DNA from: Ramazzottius varieornatus
Lineage: Eukaryota > Animalia > Tardigrada
Assembly (NCBI GenBank): GCA_001949185.1
Contig: BDGG01000008.1
Location: 1,714,761 to 1,778,760 of the forward strand
Direction: 5' to 3'
Length of the DNA stretch: 64,000 nucleotides
Shown here: piece after piece, positions 39,976 to 52,900 of the stretch
Position numbering within the stretch: position 1 is the stretch's first letter
Layout: each line of letters starts with the position of its first letter
The notes under the pieces: generated by a model
Seen by the model: the letters and a program-made list of their open reading frames with translations, nothing else
What the model was told of the DNA's origin: nothing
Database searches by the model: none
Program-made: the position numbers and the translations under genes

Positions 39976-40395
39976 TAGAGCCCTGCAGCAGTAGCTGAAA
40001 CCCGTGCTGCTTCTGCACTGCATCTAGTTTCCAGAAACTGCAACTGCAACTGCAACTGCAACTGCAACTGCAACTGCAACTGCAACTGCAACTGCAACTG
40101 CAACTGCAACTGCACTGCACTGCATTTAAAAATCCAGAATTTCTGCATGTTAACGGAAATACATGTTAAACACATCGAAACGCGGATGTCTTACGGAGAT
40201 TTAAACGAAAAATGGTACAGTCCGACCAGAAAAATTTGATTTTGCTTCTGTTTTGGGGCAACGACCGTATACTGCGGCGAACAGTGCTCACTTTTTCAAA
40301 ACTGCACTGCAACTGCATTTTCTCACCATTTCGACGACTGCAACTGCACTGCATTGCGGTGCAGTGCAGAACGTACTGCATGTTGCACGGCTCAA
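39976..40395. mobile_element. Non-autonomous hAT element (420 bp) containing a (CTGCAA)n array
   Basis: Imperfect TIRs TAGAGCCCTGCAGCA / TGTTGCACGGCTCAA; perfect 8-bp TSD TTCGAAAC (39968-39975, 40396-40403). Confidence 0.85.
40038..40112. repeat. (CTGCAA)n microsatellite
   Basis: About 12 tandem hexamers. Confidence 0.97.
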
Positions 40396-40734
40396 TTCGA
40401 AACACGGATTTTCGCGTTTCACATTGTTATACCTGCACTAAAGCTGATAAAAAGTTTTGCCGCGTCCTAGTCTCAAACAGCAGACAAAGAAAAGAATCGA
40501 GAATCGGCAAAGGACAGAGGGCAAGAACTGGCAAAGTTGCAAGTACAGTACAAGTACAGCAATGCTCAACAACGGGTTGTTGCGGCCTACAGGCCGGCGT
40601 ACGAATACAAAACGGTACGATCGACATGTCATACATCGTCATACATTCCCAATAGACTAAGTTTTTGATTTGCAATATAGGGCACACTGGGAAAATGCGC
40701 TTCGACTTCGAAGATCTAATTCCCCAGCTACGAG

Positions 40735-41100
40735 GAGAACATAGCGGACTTCTCAATGCAAAATCGCATGGTGAAGTTGTCAGCGTCGGATGTGACCGAA
40801 GTACTAGACTGTTTCGCTTGCTTCTTGTTTCTTCAGATGAAAGAAACCTTGTGGAATCATTGCACCGGTCCAGAAGCTAAGGAGGATACGGGGAGTGTCT
40901 TATTCGGTCTGACAGGAAGAAAGGTTTCTCCCATATTAAAAAGCCTGGGGCAAAATTTTCCAGCGAGCCGTTTGGGGCGTGCGTGTCGCGTTTCATTAAG
41001 TTGTGGTAGCAATAGGAAGTGTCGCCACCGCACGGCCTAAAAGCAGACAACTTCGCCATGCGATTTTGCACTGACAAGTCCGCTACTGTATATGTTCTCA
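40735..41100. mobile_element. Degenerate TIR element
   Basis: TAGCGGACTTCTCAATGCAAAATCGCATGGTGAAGTTGTC is inverted to GACAACTTCGCCATGCGATTTTGCACTGACAAGTCCGCTACTG|TA. Confidence 0.7.
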
Positions 41101-41150
41101 TAACTCTACAAACATCAAATCGTGCTGTTCTCGTCTCATAACAATTCGAA

Positions 41151-41750
41151 ATGGCACCTTTGCAATGTGTATTCCATGGCACGGTAACGACTGCCGACGA
41201 CTTCGCCACAGCCATCGATAGCTTGTCGAAATCGGAACAGCGGGTGAGCCTATTTTCCTCAGTACGTTGCTTGTTGTTATGTTTAGGGTGGGCGCGACCC
41301 GACCATGGTCACGCGACCGTGACCATATGGTCCGTTCGCGTCCACCCTACTTGTGTTACGAGTGTCTTCAGTTTTGCATCTTTAGCTGGTTGCTGTAGCT
41401 GCCCGCAAGAAAGAAGAGGCCGACAAGTTTGAGAAAAAAGTCAAATTCGAGAAATTGTACGACGACTTCGAAGCTTTGGCGGCGGATTCTGATGTCGGTA
41501 AGCAGGCTAGGACGGAATCACTGGTGGCGAGTTTCTTCGGCACTCCAATTTTTCTACATCTTAGTGTAGTACTCCCCTAAGTTAATGCCTCCGGTTTCTT
41601 TTGTTTAGATGTCATCTATGTGGTAACGGTAAACCCAAATCATCACGAGCTATGCAAGAAGCTAATCGATGCCGGGAAGCACATTATGCGAAAAGCCGCT
41701 TACTCTCCTCCTGAAACAGACCAAGAAGCTCATCGAATTATCAAATTTCG
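41151..41750 (+). pseudogene. Truncated Gfo/Idh/MocA oxidoreductase (DHDH-like) pseudogene
   Basis: Spliced VVAVAAR...ALAADSDV|DVIYVVTVNPNHHELCKKLIDAGKH followed by a frameshift before LCEKPLT; degenerate Rossmann N-terminus; no C-terminal domain. Confidence 0.78.
41284..41349. mobile_element. 66-bp palindromic mini-MITE in an intron
   Basis: TAGGGTGGGCGCGA...TCGCGTCCACCCTA; flanks GTTATGTT / CTTGTGTT match at 6 of 8 positions. Confidence 0.65.
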
Positions 41751-42063
41751 CGTTCCGCGTCCAGACGCACGGTACCTCAGCCATACGCAGCCCAGTGATA
41801 AACTACCCACAAACTTGTGCCCTCTCCTTATTGCTGTCAGCATTTCAAGCAAAGCGCTAGGCGACGTGCAGCAAGTCGCCACTTTCCGACTGTAGTGACG
41901 GCTTGCTCCTCCCCTTTTGTGACGGAGTTCCCCTTATTTTCGGAAATTAGCCTAATCGTAATTACGGTTAGCTAGCATAGGGTAGCAGGGTGGCTACCTA
42001 ACTACTCAAAGCTCTGAAGAGCTGCTTCGCTCATGAGTGACGTTGCAGCTCATTTTGCAGTCA

Positions 42064-42098
42064 TCATGGGTCATGGGTCATGGGTCATGGGTCATGGG
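42064..42098. repeat. (TCATGGG)n tandem repeat
   Basis: Five tandem heptamers. Confidence 0.9.
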
Positions 42099-43497
42099 CA
42101 CCTGTGGTCTTACTTTGCCTCCTTGTACAGTAGCTCCCAAACCCGTCGTCCAGTTTCCTTAATTTGAAATGTGTCTCGTAGAGGGAGATGGGAAGTTTCT
42201 GACCACGTGACGTTTCAGTCATTTCTTGAATCAATTAACCGCTAAGCCTCGATGGTCAGACAAGGAAATAAGGGCCATTTTTGGCTGCCCATCTCTCGTC
42301 ACATGTCAGGATTTTGGGAAATCCTAACCGGCCAAAATGTAGCCCATACATCGATCTATTTGCTACACTGGAAGAGATGTCCAGCAAAAATTTCATCCAA
42401 GAATTTTCCGTACTTGGTTTACTCGTACCGGAAACCAAAGCTACAATGCTGAGAAAGAGCGTACCGCTGTCCAAGTCGTGAGTTTCACTTCTCGATACAT
42501 CTTTCAGGTTGCCAAAGCCAGGACACAAAATTCGTGAGTATCGCAGTGAGCGTTTTCAGAACAAAGGACATTTGATTTTTCGAGCTTGTTCACTTTGAAC
42601 ACCGTGCTCAATCAGCCTTTCGTCGCCTTATAACTTTCTCGAATGCGATCTTAGTATGTTGCCTTGGCCTGCAAGTATTTCCGGCAGTTTGTTATGCCAG
42701 GCAGCCAGTGCGTACCGGTCCGACTGACGACAGTTCCTGTTCAGCACCGATACCAGTTCGTCACAGACCCACCGCTACCCCCATCACCCCTGCAAACGTT
42801 TAGTAGCTGAAATTGTGCCGGCCTAGGCGGCCCTGTCAGCTTTAGTAACGAGCCTTCCCGGACAGACGGTCGATAGGTCACAGATAAAACGGCATAAGTA
42901 TTGGTAACACAATGTGGTGGTTTTCCAGTTGAAACGGTTTTGGTGTCCGGCGGAAACTACAGTGAAAAACAAGAGATAGGACTTGTCGCTGCCAAAAGTG
43001 AACCACAAGGTGGAGCTCCCGCATGGCGAAGGGATGGCGTACAAAGCGCAGGAAGGGAAGCGATGTCTCGACAAGGGTCTGAAGGAAATTCCACATTTCA
43101 CGCAAAAGGAGTCCATTCTCATTTCGCAAATCGGAGCCTCAACGAAGAAGCAAACTGGTCGGAGCTTTGAAGACCTGTAGTTTGCGGATAAAGAGAAATA
43201 GGAAGGTGCTGACGAGGGATAAAAGAGAACACCGGAAAAGGGCCCGCAGCTAAGCGATTTGTATGTTATCTTTCCATTCACGAGAACTGATACTCATCTG
43301 AACAAGAAAATCTTTTATACCTATGTAGTAATTTCCACAAACCTCACATCGGTGATGCTAAAATGTAGTACTAGTTTACCATTCGCAACGTTTTGCAATA
43401 GTTTCATTGCCAGTAAAATTCGATATCCGAAAATTCCCGATCACTGGTGACCGTTTTCTACATATGCGTGTAATCTGGGCAGGATAATTGGGCAGCT

Positions 43498-45869
43498 TCA
43501 TAGTGTTCGAATATTTTCCACAAGCCAGTCACGGTAATGGAAAATATTCGTGTAGACTCCTGGGACGTTGGGTTCTCCGCAACCGAAGCCCCAACTGATG
43601 ACTCCTATCAGCTCGAAGCGTCCGGTAGTGTCTTCGCGTACCATCGGTCCACCCGAATCTCCCTGTCAAACAGCAACCGTATCTGACCGCCCACCCCAAC
43701 ACTTTGTTTCTTTTGAACGCTCCGATACCTGACAAGCGTCTCTGCCACCTTCTTTCGCTCCGGCGCAGATGTGCGGAGTCCCGATCAGGTTCTTCAATCC
43801 TTGTTGAGCAAAGTACCGGCTGCATTCTTCTCGTTCAATAAGCGGAATGTCCACAGCTTGTAAAGCCGATGGAAGATCGTAGACTGTGTTGTCTGTGCAA
43901 AATAATTACTGCAAAAACCCGCTGTGCCCGCGCAGTACGTCATTGTACACGTGAAGTACAGACCCGGTCCGGCTTTACTGCCTGTTCAACCCCCTGCGGG
44001 GGTGCATCGTCACGTACGTGTACGTGCTGCGCGGATGCAGCGGGTTTTTACAGTAGTTGAATAATGTACAGTGTCCGACGAAACAGACCTTCGAAAATGA
44101 GCCGGGCCTCTCAGGTCGCGAATCGTACTTAAGGTTTTTTAAGTCTGACTAGGTGGAGCCACCTGATTTCTCCTGACACTCATTACCGAAGGTCTGTCTT
44201 GTCGGTCTGTTTTGTCGTACGAGACGTCGGCAAACGAGTTTACTCGGATCGCTATCTCAAGTGATGCACTGTCGCCTTGTTGATGGCTGGATCGTGCGCC
44301 ACTTGGATAAAAGATCTGGGTCAATTCATTTGTCGACGTTCCATATCGAGCATAGGTGAAGAAACATCTGCAGGAATTGGGACGACATACTTTCTTCTTC
44401 TTTTCCCCAACCAAGAATGGTAGTGTTCCATCCGGCTACTGGTTCTTGTGAGCCTACGCAAATGGGTAGGATGTTTGGAGCGTACTTGACCGCTTCGCTC
44501 AGCTGGATGATGGCCACATCGTTGAGTAGGGTGGTAAGGTCGAAATCTGGATGTCGGATCACGCGTGCCACGCGCAGTAGTACTGGCGGAAACAGCACGT
44601 TGTCGCGTTCGTTGGTGTTGAACATACCAAGTTTCACGGTCAAGTTGGTCAACAGTCTATTTCCGCTTACACAATGCGCAGCCGTCACGACCACCTGCGG
44701 CGCGATCAGTGTGGCGCCTATACCAAACAGAAGACGTTGTTCCGCATTATTTGTTGGTGGACCGGAAATGCATTAAGCAGATGGTACTGAAGTTACCGCA
44801 TCTGGGCCGACCATAGTTCAGCAGCATTGCCATCCACGGCCAGTCGCCAAAGCCAGCTGTTTCACCTCCGACAATGCGACCGACGCGGACCATCTTGTAG
44901 GTTAAGTCTCGCTGGCCGCATGTAATTTCCTGATTCTCGCTCTTGACATTCGTAGTGTTCGGACGTTTCTTGCTGACATACTTCCGGATAGATTCAGCTG
45001 GACGTTTAGCGGACCGCGAAGCCGGTGTTGATTCGCTGTCCAACGAGAAGATGTCCGCCCGGAAGTAGGGTATCACGTCCAGATCCGAGATTCTCGGTTG
45101 TGAGGTGATGTTATCTGTTGTTGGTCCGCTTGAGTGGTTTCCGGTGTAATCGGTTGGCAAGATCATAGCTTGACCACTCGATAGGCTCTCCGGTAACTCG
45201 CTTTGGGTCGCTTGTTTGTCTGCAAGTGGAACGAACAAGTGCAGAAACAAATCTTGATGATATGATGGACATTATTCGAGCCACACTGATGCAAAAAGCC
45301 CTCATTAAATGATCGATGCTGGAGATGAGTGGGACTTGACCAACCTTGAGGAGCAGGAAAGTTGTCCGTTTGTAAGATTTTACTTCTACAACAATAGCTC
45401 CTTTCTGTCGTCTCCGCAGAAAATCGGCCCAAAATCGATCTTCCAAACAAGGATGGCCGGTTTGAGGCTAGTCGGCACGGTGTAAGCGGTAGCGCACGGT
45501 CTTCCTCAGGACAATAGGACTCGAGCTTGCAACTCGCCGAGGGATTTAGATCAAGGCAGGTGGAGTCTAGTTCGTACCAGCGCTGGTTGGAGCGCCGGGT
45601 TCTCCGTCGTGTCCACTTTGGTCGTTCTCACTCAAGCATAACAAAAGTTTTGTGATGAAGCTTGCTTTCCAATGGAGAGTACCACACGGTTCCGCTTTCA
45701 CGCTCACAAAATTCTTACCTGTTGTAAGCAGCGAAAATTCTTCTCTCTCCGTTAAATGTGTAGAGATGATCCCAAAGGTTGCAGGAGAAAGCACGTGAGT
45801 TCTCATCCCTTCGGACCAGGAAGCCCAGCATACCACAAGAAACAACCTTGTTGCAGTCAGCCGACCCAT
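43498..45869 (-). CDS. Clip-domain trypsin-like serine protease (S1A), multi-exon
   Basis: Signal peptide [15 protein letters not shown], six-Cys region ending in CC, VGR|IVGG activation site, TAAHC, NDVAII, DACQ|GDSGGP, SWGFGC..PGVYT. Confidence 0.9.
43909..44053. mobile_element. 145-bp TA-flanked MITE (copy 1, in a protease intron)
   Basis: TA|CTGCAAAAACCCGCTG...CAGCGGGTTTTTACAG|TA. Confidence 0.85.
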
Positions 45870-46357
45870 TATTCCGGATAGCATAGTGATCAACTGCAAA
45901 CCAGCTGTGCTGGCTAGGTACTGGCTTACAGTATGTAAGAAAGGCGCGAGGAAGCTTCCGATTACGAGACCGACATCTCTGTTTCGCAGGTGTTTCTTTA
46001 AGAAAGAGGTGTCAAAAATCGGTTGATGCGTCACATTGCCTACGGTAATATGATGACACTGAAATTCCATGCAAGTGCTCTCCACTTTGAATGTTGTCTA
46101 TACACAGCCGAATGTTACATGAAAAAGTTCGCTGTTAAGGTCATCCTTCATGATTTCTCAGGTTTGAATTCTTCGATAATTAACCATAGCTGTCATTCGG
46201 ACCAACAAAAAGGCGAGCGCTGATTTGTGCTCTGTTCGATAGACCAAACTCGAAGCAACCCCGAATTACATTCTAGAATCTTTGAACAGAAATCTAGAGG
46301 GTCCCGCGAGTGGCGAACCTAGAGCATACTCCAGCTGAATCTCCCCGGTGCCCAATA

Positions 46358-46502
46358 TTGTAAGAATTCGCTGCGTCCGCGCAGTTTGTCATCGTACACG
46401 TGAAGTGCAGCCCAGGTCCGAGTTTACTGCCCGTTCAGTTCCCTACGGGGGTGCATCGTCACGTACGACTACGTACTGCGCGGACGCAGGGAATTTTTAC
46501 AG
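46358..46502. mobile_element. 145-bp TA-flanked MITE (copy 2 of the same family)
   Basis: Same length and internal sequence as 43909-44053 (GTACACGTGAAGT...GGGGGTGCATCGTCACGTACG). Confidence 0.85.
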
Positions 46503-47242
46503 TATGTTAAGTTTCACCTTCATCCGCGTAGTGTTTTTCCCGCCTCAGGCATTGTTTTTGGTACAATGACCTCAGATCAGATGCGAGACAGTGAGCTTCT
46601 TCCGACTCGCACGATGCTGATGCGTCTTTCAGTCTCATCTGCTTCCGTGGACTAAATACTGTCGGACAATTGTCCAAAAATCAGACTTTTTTGATTTGAC
46701 TGTAGTATTTTTGACTGTGTTTTTGATTTGAGTGAAGGCAAACCGGATCACGGGAGAGCGGCAAAATGCACCGGAATACTTTGATGCTTTTGGGTTTCCG
46801 TTTTGCCATTGCTCTGGTACGTGCGTCCCGGAATCGATAAGCATCACTAAGTTCAAGTACACGCACGACGAGAAATTGTGGGCCAGGAAAAATTATGGAC
46901 CAGTTGGCCTTCTCGCTACGGCGGTACGGAAGAACGTACGCGGGCGACTGATTCGCATTTCACAGTAATAAACTTTTCAACACTTTTCTACACTGTTCTA
47001 CGGTTGATTTTTCATTTTGCCATCTTTACCGCTTGGCCCATAATTTCTCGTCGTGCGTGTACCGATGTTTGATCTCGCAATCTGCGAGCCGGTTCATCAA
47101 GTTAGCTCACAATTTTCTAGGTATGCTTGACGGATTCCGCATACGCTACACCTGTGGAAGCCGGGAGCGCAGCGACCAGTGGCAGCTTCGTTGCAGAGTA
47201 AGTTTCGCGAACATCAGATCGCTCTCCCCCACGGCTTTCCCG

Positions 47243-49178
47243 ATGTCCTTACTACCGTCAGTTATCTCACACCTAATTTTTCGAAACAGCGTGGCGGAAG
47301 CTTTGGTGAACTCGACGGTAGTGCAGCTGTCGCAAATTCTGGCCAACGCTTCCGTCGCAAAGTCATCCACCATCCCGCCCTCTACCAAACCCACACCGCC
47401 GCAGAGTTCGAAGCCCCACTCTAACGGTAAAAGCCTTGAACAGAATCAAAATTCAGTGCGGTTTATCACGTACCAGTATTTGGGCATTTCAGCAAATGAA
47501 TGGGTTCAAAACAAAAGCGGAAAATGGGAGTGGATTGGCAAGTCTACCACCATACCACCAGCAGCCCCAAATATCCTTCCACATGTCAGCTTAGTGAACG
47601 TAACCAACAGCACCGGCCAGGTTATCGGCGCAAATCCTCAAGTGGTCCTGCAATCGGGTAACCAGTCCGTTAGTCTCCATTTCCAATTGTCAAACGTCAC
47701 AAACAGCACCAGTGACGTAGTCGGTGTCAGCGCTGGTGTCGTCCTGGACCCACTGAACATCACGTCCACTTCGACCATACTCACCACCACGGTAATATCG
47801 AATACCACACCCACCACCACGGTAACATCGACGACCACCACTACCAAGGCAGCCACGACTAGTACTACATTAATGAGTAGCGTCCCGGTCAACACGTTCT
47901 TGAGTCCCTCTTCGGTGTCCGCCTCGGTCTTCAACTCAGCCACTGACTTGGCGGGCGCTCACTTGAAAGTCGGCGAACGACTGGAAGTTTCGGCTGTTCT
48001 TCCTGAAAGTAACACAGTGGTTTTGCGAGTCAGAAACGATAACGCTACTTCGAGCAACACCAGCGCTAAAACCAGCTCACCGGTGAGTTTTGCAACCACT
48101 CGGTCGAGGCCTGTTTCGACCTCTACGACTCGCGCTCGTGAAATGGACATCCTAGACAATTCGAACAATGCAGACTTCGAAGCTTTGAGTCGCGATGATG
48201 ACGGTGAAAGGTCGCCGACGGAAACAAGTTCTACGGGAAGTCCGGAAGACGGACTGTCCTCTGCGTTTTCCAGTGTTCTGTTCCGCCAAGCTGTGGCTGA
48301 TGCCGTGCAAAAAGAGATGGAGAAGTTCAGGACCTCCGAAGCTAAACGTCTGGAAGACAAGCGGAAGGAGATCTCTAAGCCTACTTCGCAGAAGAAAGCG
48401 AACCTCAATGACGGCGCAGGAGTCATCACACTAGTGGAACAGAGCAGAGTTGAACCCGCGCAAACCACCGAAGTTCCGTCCACAACAAGCACGACGACCA
48501 CGACACCAACCACAACGACCGCTGATGACCGAGTCGTCATCCCACCCAACCTGTCGGAAAAGCAAAAGCTTATCCTGAAGACGCGGAAATCCGAACAAGC
48601 CAGCTCGAGCTGGAACTCGGAGCCTGCAAAAGTTCCAGCTGTTACGTTCAGCTCCGACGACATATCGAACGGACTGGACTCCTTTTTTCAAGGAGGTAGG
48701 CACTGGCTTGGATGAAATCTCGTAGAAAAATTCTCTCCACTGTGCTCGGCAAGAGAAAAAGCTCAGTAAATACTTCCCTTTACAGTAATGGGATTGTTCG
48801 GCGGTGGTAGTTCTGACAGCACACCTTCGGTCAGCTCAATCTTCTGTAAGTGACGTACCCCGGAACTATTTTTTCCATACATTAACGGAAAGGCTTGCGT
48901 TCCCGCAACCACGCGGTACTGGTTGCCATTGATTCATGTTATATGTCACGTGATCACGGGTACGCAAGCATTTCCGTTATTGTCGAACGTAGTTATCCAT
49001 ACACTTCCATGTTCTGCATATTAGGTGTCAGTTCCTGCTGTTTCCAATCGGCAACTTGACCGTCTTATTTTTAGCTGCACTGCCGTTTTCGTTTTCGGGT
49101 GCCGATACGCTGCGTAACGCCCAAGTCGCGGCTGCCAACTACAAACCGTCAAGACACCTTCACGCTACGTTTTCCTAA
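47243..49178 (+). CDS. Ser/Thr-rich mucin-like protein (3 visible exons; start uncertain)
   Basis: Long Thr/Ser-rich ORF with many NxS/T sequons; phase-1 GT-AG introns lead to ...HLHATFS* (TAA 49176-49178). Confidence 0.7.
48879..48983. mobile_element. Small intronic inverted-repeat element
   Basis: ACATTAACGGAAAGGCTTGCGTTCCCG is inverted to CGGGTACGCAAGCATTTCCGTTATTGT. Confidence 0.65.
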
Positions 49179-49900
49179 CCGGAGATAACCCCAAGGGAAA
49201 AATCGCCTTCGACGAATCCTGCATCTGCTATTGTTCTTCCGGTATCCTTTCGATTCTGGCCGTTGCCTCTCTACGCATTGTTGTAGCATATCTCAGTTTA
49301 TGTTTCTCTCTATGGCGAACCTCACCGTTTGTTATTTTGTTTTTTCAAAGTGGGTGTTACTGTTACAAAGTCCATTGCGTAAGGGATACAAGGTTGCAGC
49401 TTTGATGGTCCACCGCATAATCGGATCTTGTTGGTGTTACATCTTCACCTCTTTTCATCGAATCTGCATGCTGCATCTTTTTTGTTCGTCTTCAGTTTAC
49501 ACTTGAATTGTCGTAAAGGTGTTTATTACTGTTTTTTTTTTCTTCGGTACAAGGATACACCAGCTATAATCTTGAAACTCATTATGGTGTGAATACTGTG
49601 AAGTGATGGGCGTCTTTAAATTTACAGTGATCCGCCCTCCTGTAAGTGTTGAGATTCTAAAAGATAAAGTCGGGGCTTAGGGCGACACTGTTGAAAAGTG
49701 AATTGTGATTAGTATGAGCTCCTATGCACCGCCGTTGTCGGCCATCGACCTGACCATGACTGCCGTTACGTGTGCTAATCGCAGCTTATCCACCATTTCT
49801 TTCTCTTGCATCGTTACTGTCGCTGTAACTTTGTCAAAGGATCCGCTTGCAGTGAAGCAAAATCTCTTTTCTCACCTCGGAGACAAACACCAGCTGGAAA

Positions 49901-52900
49901 ATGCCGGAAGTTTATTTCTGTTTTTCTCTGATATTCTACTTCCTGGTAAGTTCCGTTTTTCAACAGATTTTTCCGCTGTGTTTTAGTTTTTGATCGGACT
50001 CTTTTTACAGTGCAATTTTATTGGACCTAGCCTGCAGAATGCAGCGGATCTCCCGGGTTTACATCAGAATTCCTCATCGTCTCGGATTTTTTCAAATGAG
50101 GCTATTTGTCAGTTGCCAACTTTCCTGCAAACTGTGTTGGGAGTAAACTGTAGCAGTAGTACGAAATCGACACAACAGAATGACGCGCATTTCCTGTTTG
50201 CGGGGGACTCGCCGCCGGTGTGGACAACACGCGAACCAAACGGGACATGTCCCGCAGGGCGATTCGAATGGAATTCATCCAACTCTAGCCTATGCTGCCT
50301 CGGTAAACCACTCAATACTGTTTTTCAAAAATCAGTTCAAAACAGAACTGGCCGAGTCGCCGGTCACGAACACTAACTGTTCCTTTCGAGTAATAAGAGT
50401 GCATCTGGATTAATGAATCTTAACAGCCGAGATGGCGTCGAAGAAAATCTGGCTCTTCTACGAAATTCATTTCTGTTATGTCTAGAGCTACTATGCCCTC
50501 CTGGACAAGTTTTGGCGAAGGACGGGCGCAATACTCCGGACGGAGAATGTCCCAAATGCAAAAGTAAGCGTTTTTTTACATGGATTGCATAACTACGAGT
50601 GATATTCTTCCTCTGAAAAAAGCTCTGCTTTTCCAGACGTTGTCTTTGAATATCGATGTGATCCGACGAACGATGCATGCGATACACTGCAAAAAGGAAC
50701 CGTATGCCGAAAGTTCTTTAATTCGTCAAGTCTCCACGTCTGCGCGTGCGATAATGAAAACGGCTATACCCAAAATAGGATGGCTTTTCCCGTTTCATGT
50801 ACCAGTAAGATATTTAGACAGGATGAGTAACGGCCATTCTTATTTTCTACGATGGTTTTGCAGAAACCATCGGAGCTGTGTGCTTCCTTCAGGAACACTG
50901 CAAGTTTGTCGATCCAAACGCTCGTTGCATTTTCGACGATGGACTAGTACATTCTCCTCGAGGAGCTTGTGCGTGCAAGAATGGCACTCACGAAGACAAA
51001 CACGGACGTTGTATTGAAGACAAGGTATGAATCGAAGGTCAAAAATATTAAGAATTTTGGTCACTCATGTACGAAGGCTGCGTCATGTGACGTCAGTGCA
51101 GCCTCTACTACAGAGCATTAACTCACCGGACATCTCAGTAAGATAATCCTTTTTCTTTGTTTTTGAGATGCCAAAAGCCGCTGGTCAGCAGAACGAGCCA
51201 GCACAAATCCGTAAGGTTCGACAGACAGCAGTAGCAGACTGGGGCGACAAAAGCTTATGGGAGGATGGACCAGTCAAGAATTATCCATACTACGACTTAT
51301 CCACCCTGAAGAAAGCTCCGAAATTCAGTTCGGTTTTCCATCAAGCCCTTCCTAAAGATGGTAAAACGTCACCTCTTACAGAATTCGTCGTCAAGAGTGT
51401 TTAATCAATATACAAAAAATTTGATTGTTACAACTGTGTCTACGCAGGAACCGGTCGCTTGGAAGAGGCGAGAACTGCAAGAGCGAACTCGCTCAACCTC
51501 ACGGTCAGCAACTCATCAACCACACCTAACACATCATCATCCCTTACTCCCATTGCAACTCTGAATGTCGCCATAAAAATTTCCAACACCTCTGCCAACC
51601 TTTCCTCTCTATCGAGCTCAAACTCGTCCATGGCGAACAGCAGTAACAGTACGAATAAGCCCACGCCAGCGAGCTACATGATTGCCGCCCAACATATCGC
51701 CAACAACGTCCCCAAGAACGCGGCTGTAACGTCGGTATCTAGGAAGATTCCAGTCGCGCTGGACCAGAGAACAGCTGAGACGCAGCATATCGATTCCAGT
51801 CAAGCAGTTTTAGGAACCAAAATTGTTTCCGAAAAAGACAGCGGTAACAATTCACAATTTTAACTGATCATGCATTAGCCTCACCATTACGATGGTTCGT
51901 TTCTGCAGATGTCCAAGTGGACAATGTCTTGAATATAGTCCGACCGATAGGAACACGGAAACGCCTTGATCGAGCAAGCACAATCGAAGTAGTTTCCACC
52001 AACATCGTTTCAACTACAATATTTGCTAGCTCAACAACAACAACCAATGTTCCTTACTGGGAAAGAACATCATCCACTTCTACATCGGCATCACGAAGCA
52101 CCGACGCTTCGACCACTCCAGGAGCTCGTTCGAGCTCCTCCACGGTTAAACTTGTTCGGCAGACTTTCGCTCCAGCCATTCGTTTTACCAAACAAGCAGT
52201 ACTTCCAGACATTGCTATCATTCAAGTTCAACACGACGATGAGGGCCTGGACAACGATACACTGTCCACCACGTCGGCCAGTGAAGAACGGACGTCTATT
52301 GCCAGTACCTCTCCACCATCCACGACGCAGGCCCGCACGTCCACCACACCAACACCACCGACCATCACCACAACAAAATCTACGACGCCAGCAACCACCA
52401 TCAAGCCAACTAGCGCCACCACAATCACAACTCCTATTTCCACCACGAAGAAGGTTTTCTCGATGACTTCGAGTAGTGTGGGGAACGCTACCTTCGACAA
52501 TGATGGTGACGGCGAGTCCGTGACCATAAACGCCGGGTCGGGAATCGTCAAAGTGAAACTGAATGAAATTCCTCGACGCTTTGGTGGAGGAGTTCGTGCA
52601 CCTTCGCATTCTGTTATTGGTGGCGGTAAGTACGGCTGAAAGTGCTTCCGCTGAATCACAATACAGACGCAGATCACAACAATTTTTTTCCCCAGTGAAT
52701 CGTGGTCCATCAGTATCCTGGTCTGAGTCGTCCACAAATTCAGTGCAATCGTTCACAGTTTCAACCATACCCACCTCAGAAACTTCACCCGTTACATCGG
52801 CTTCGAAGGCTACGGCTGTTGATTACGGGGTGGACTTCTCGTTTCTCCAAGATCCATCGCTGTCGAAAGCCGCCATGCAGGAGAAACTTATTCAAGCGTT

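Noticed and set aside
39975-40175. Poly-(QL) ORF
   Set aside because: Translation of the (CTGCAA)n array inside a hAT element.
42250-43230. Coding-like fragments, possibly a transposon relic
   Set aside because: Multiple stops and no diagnostic motif.
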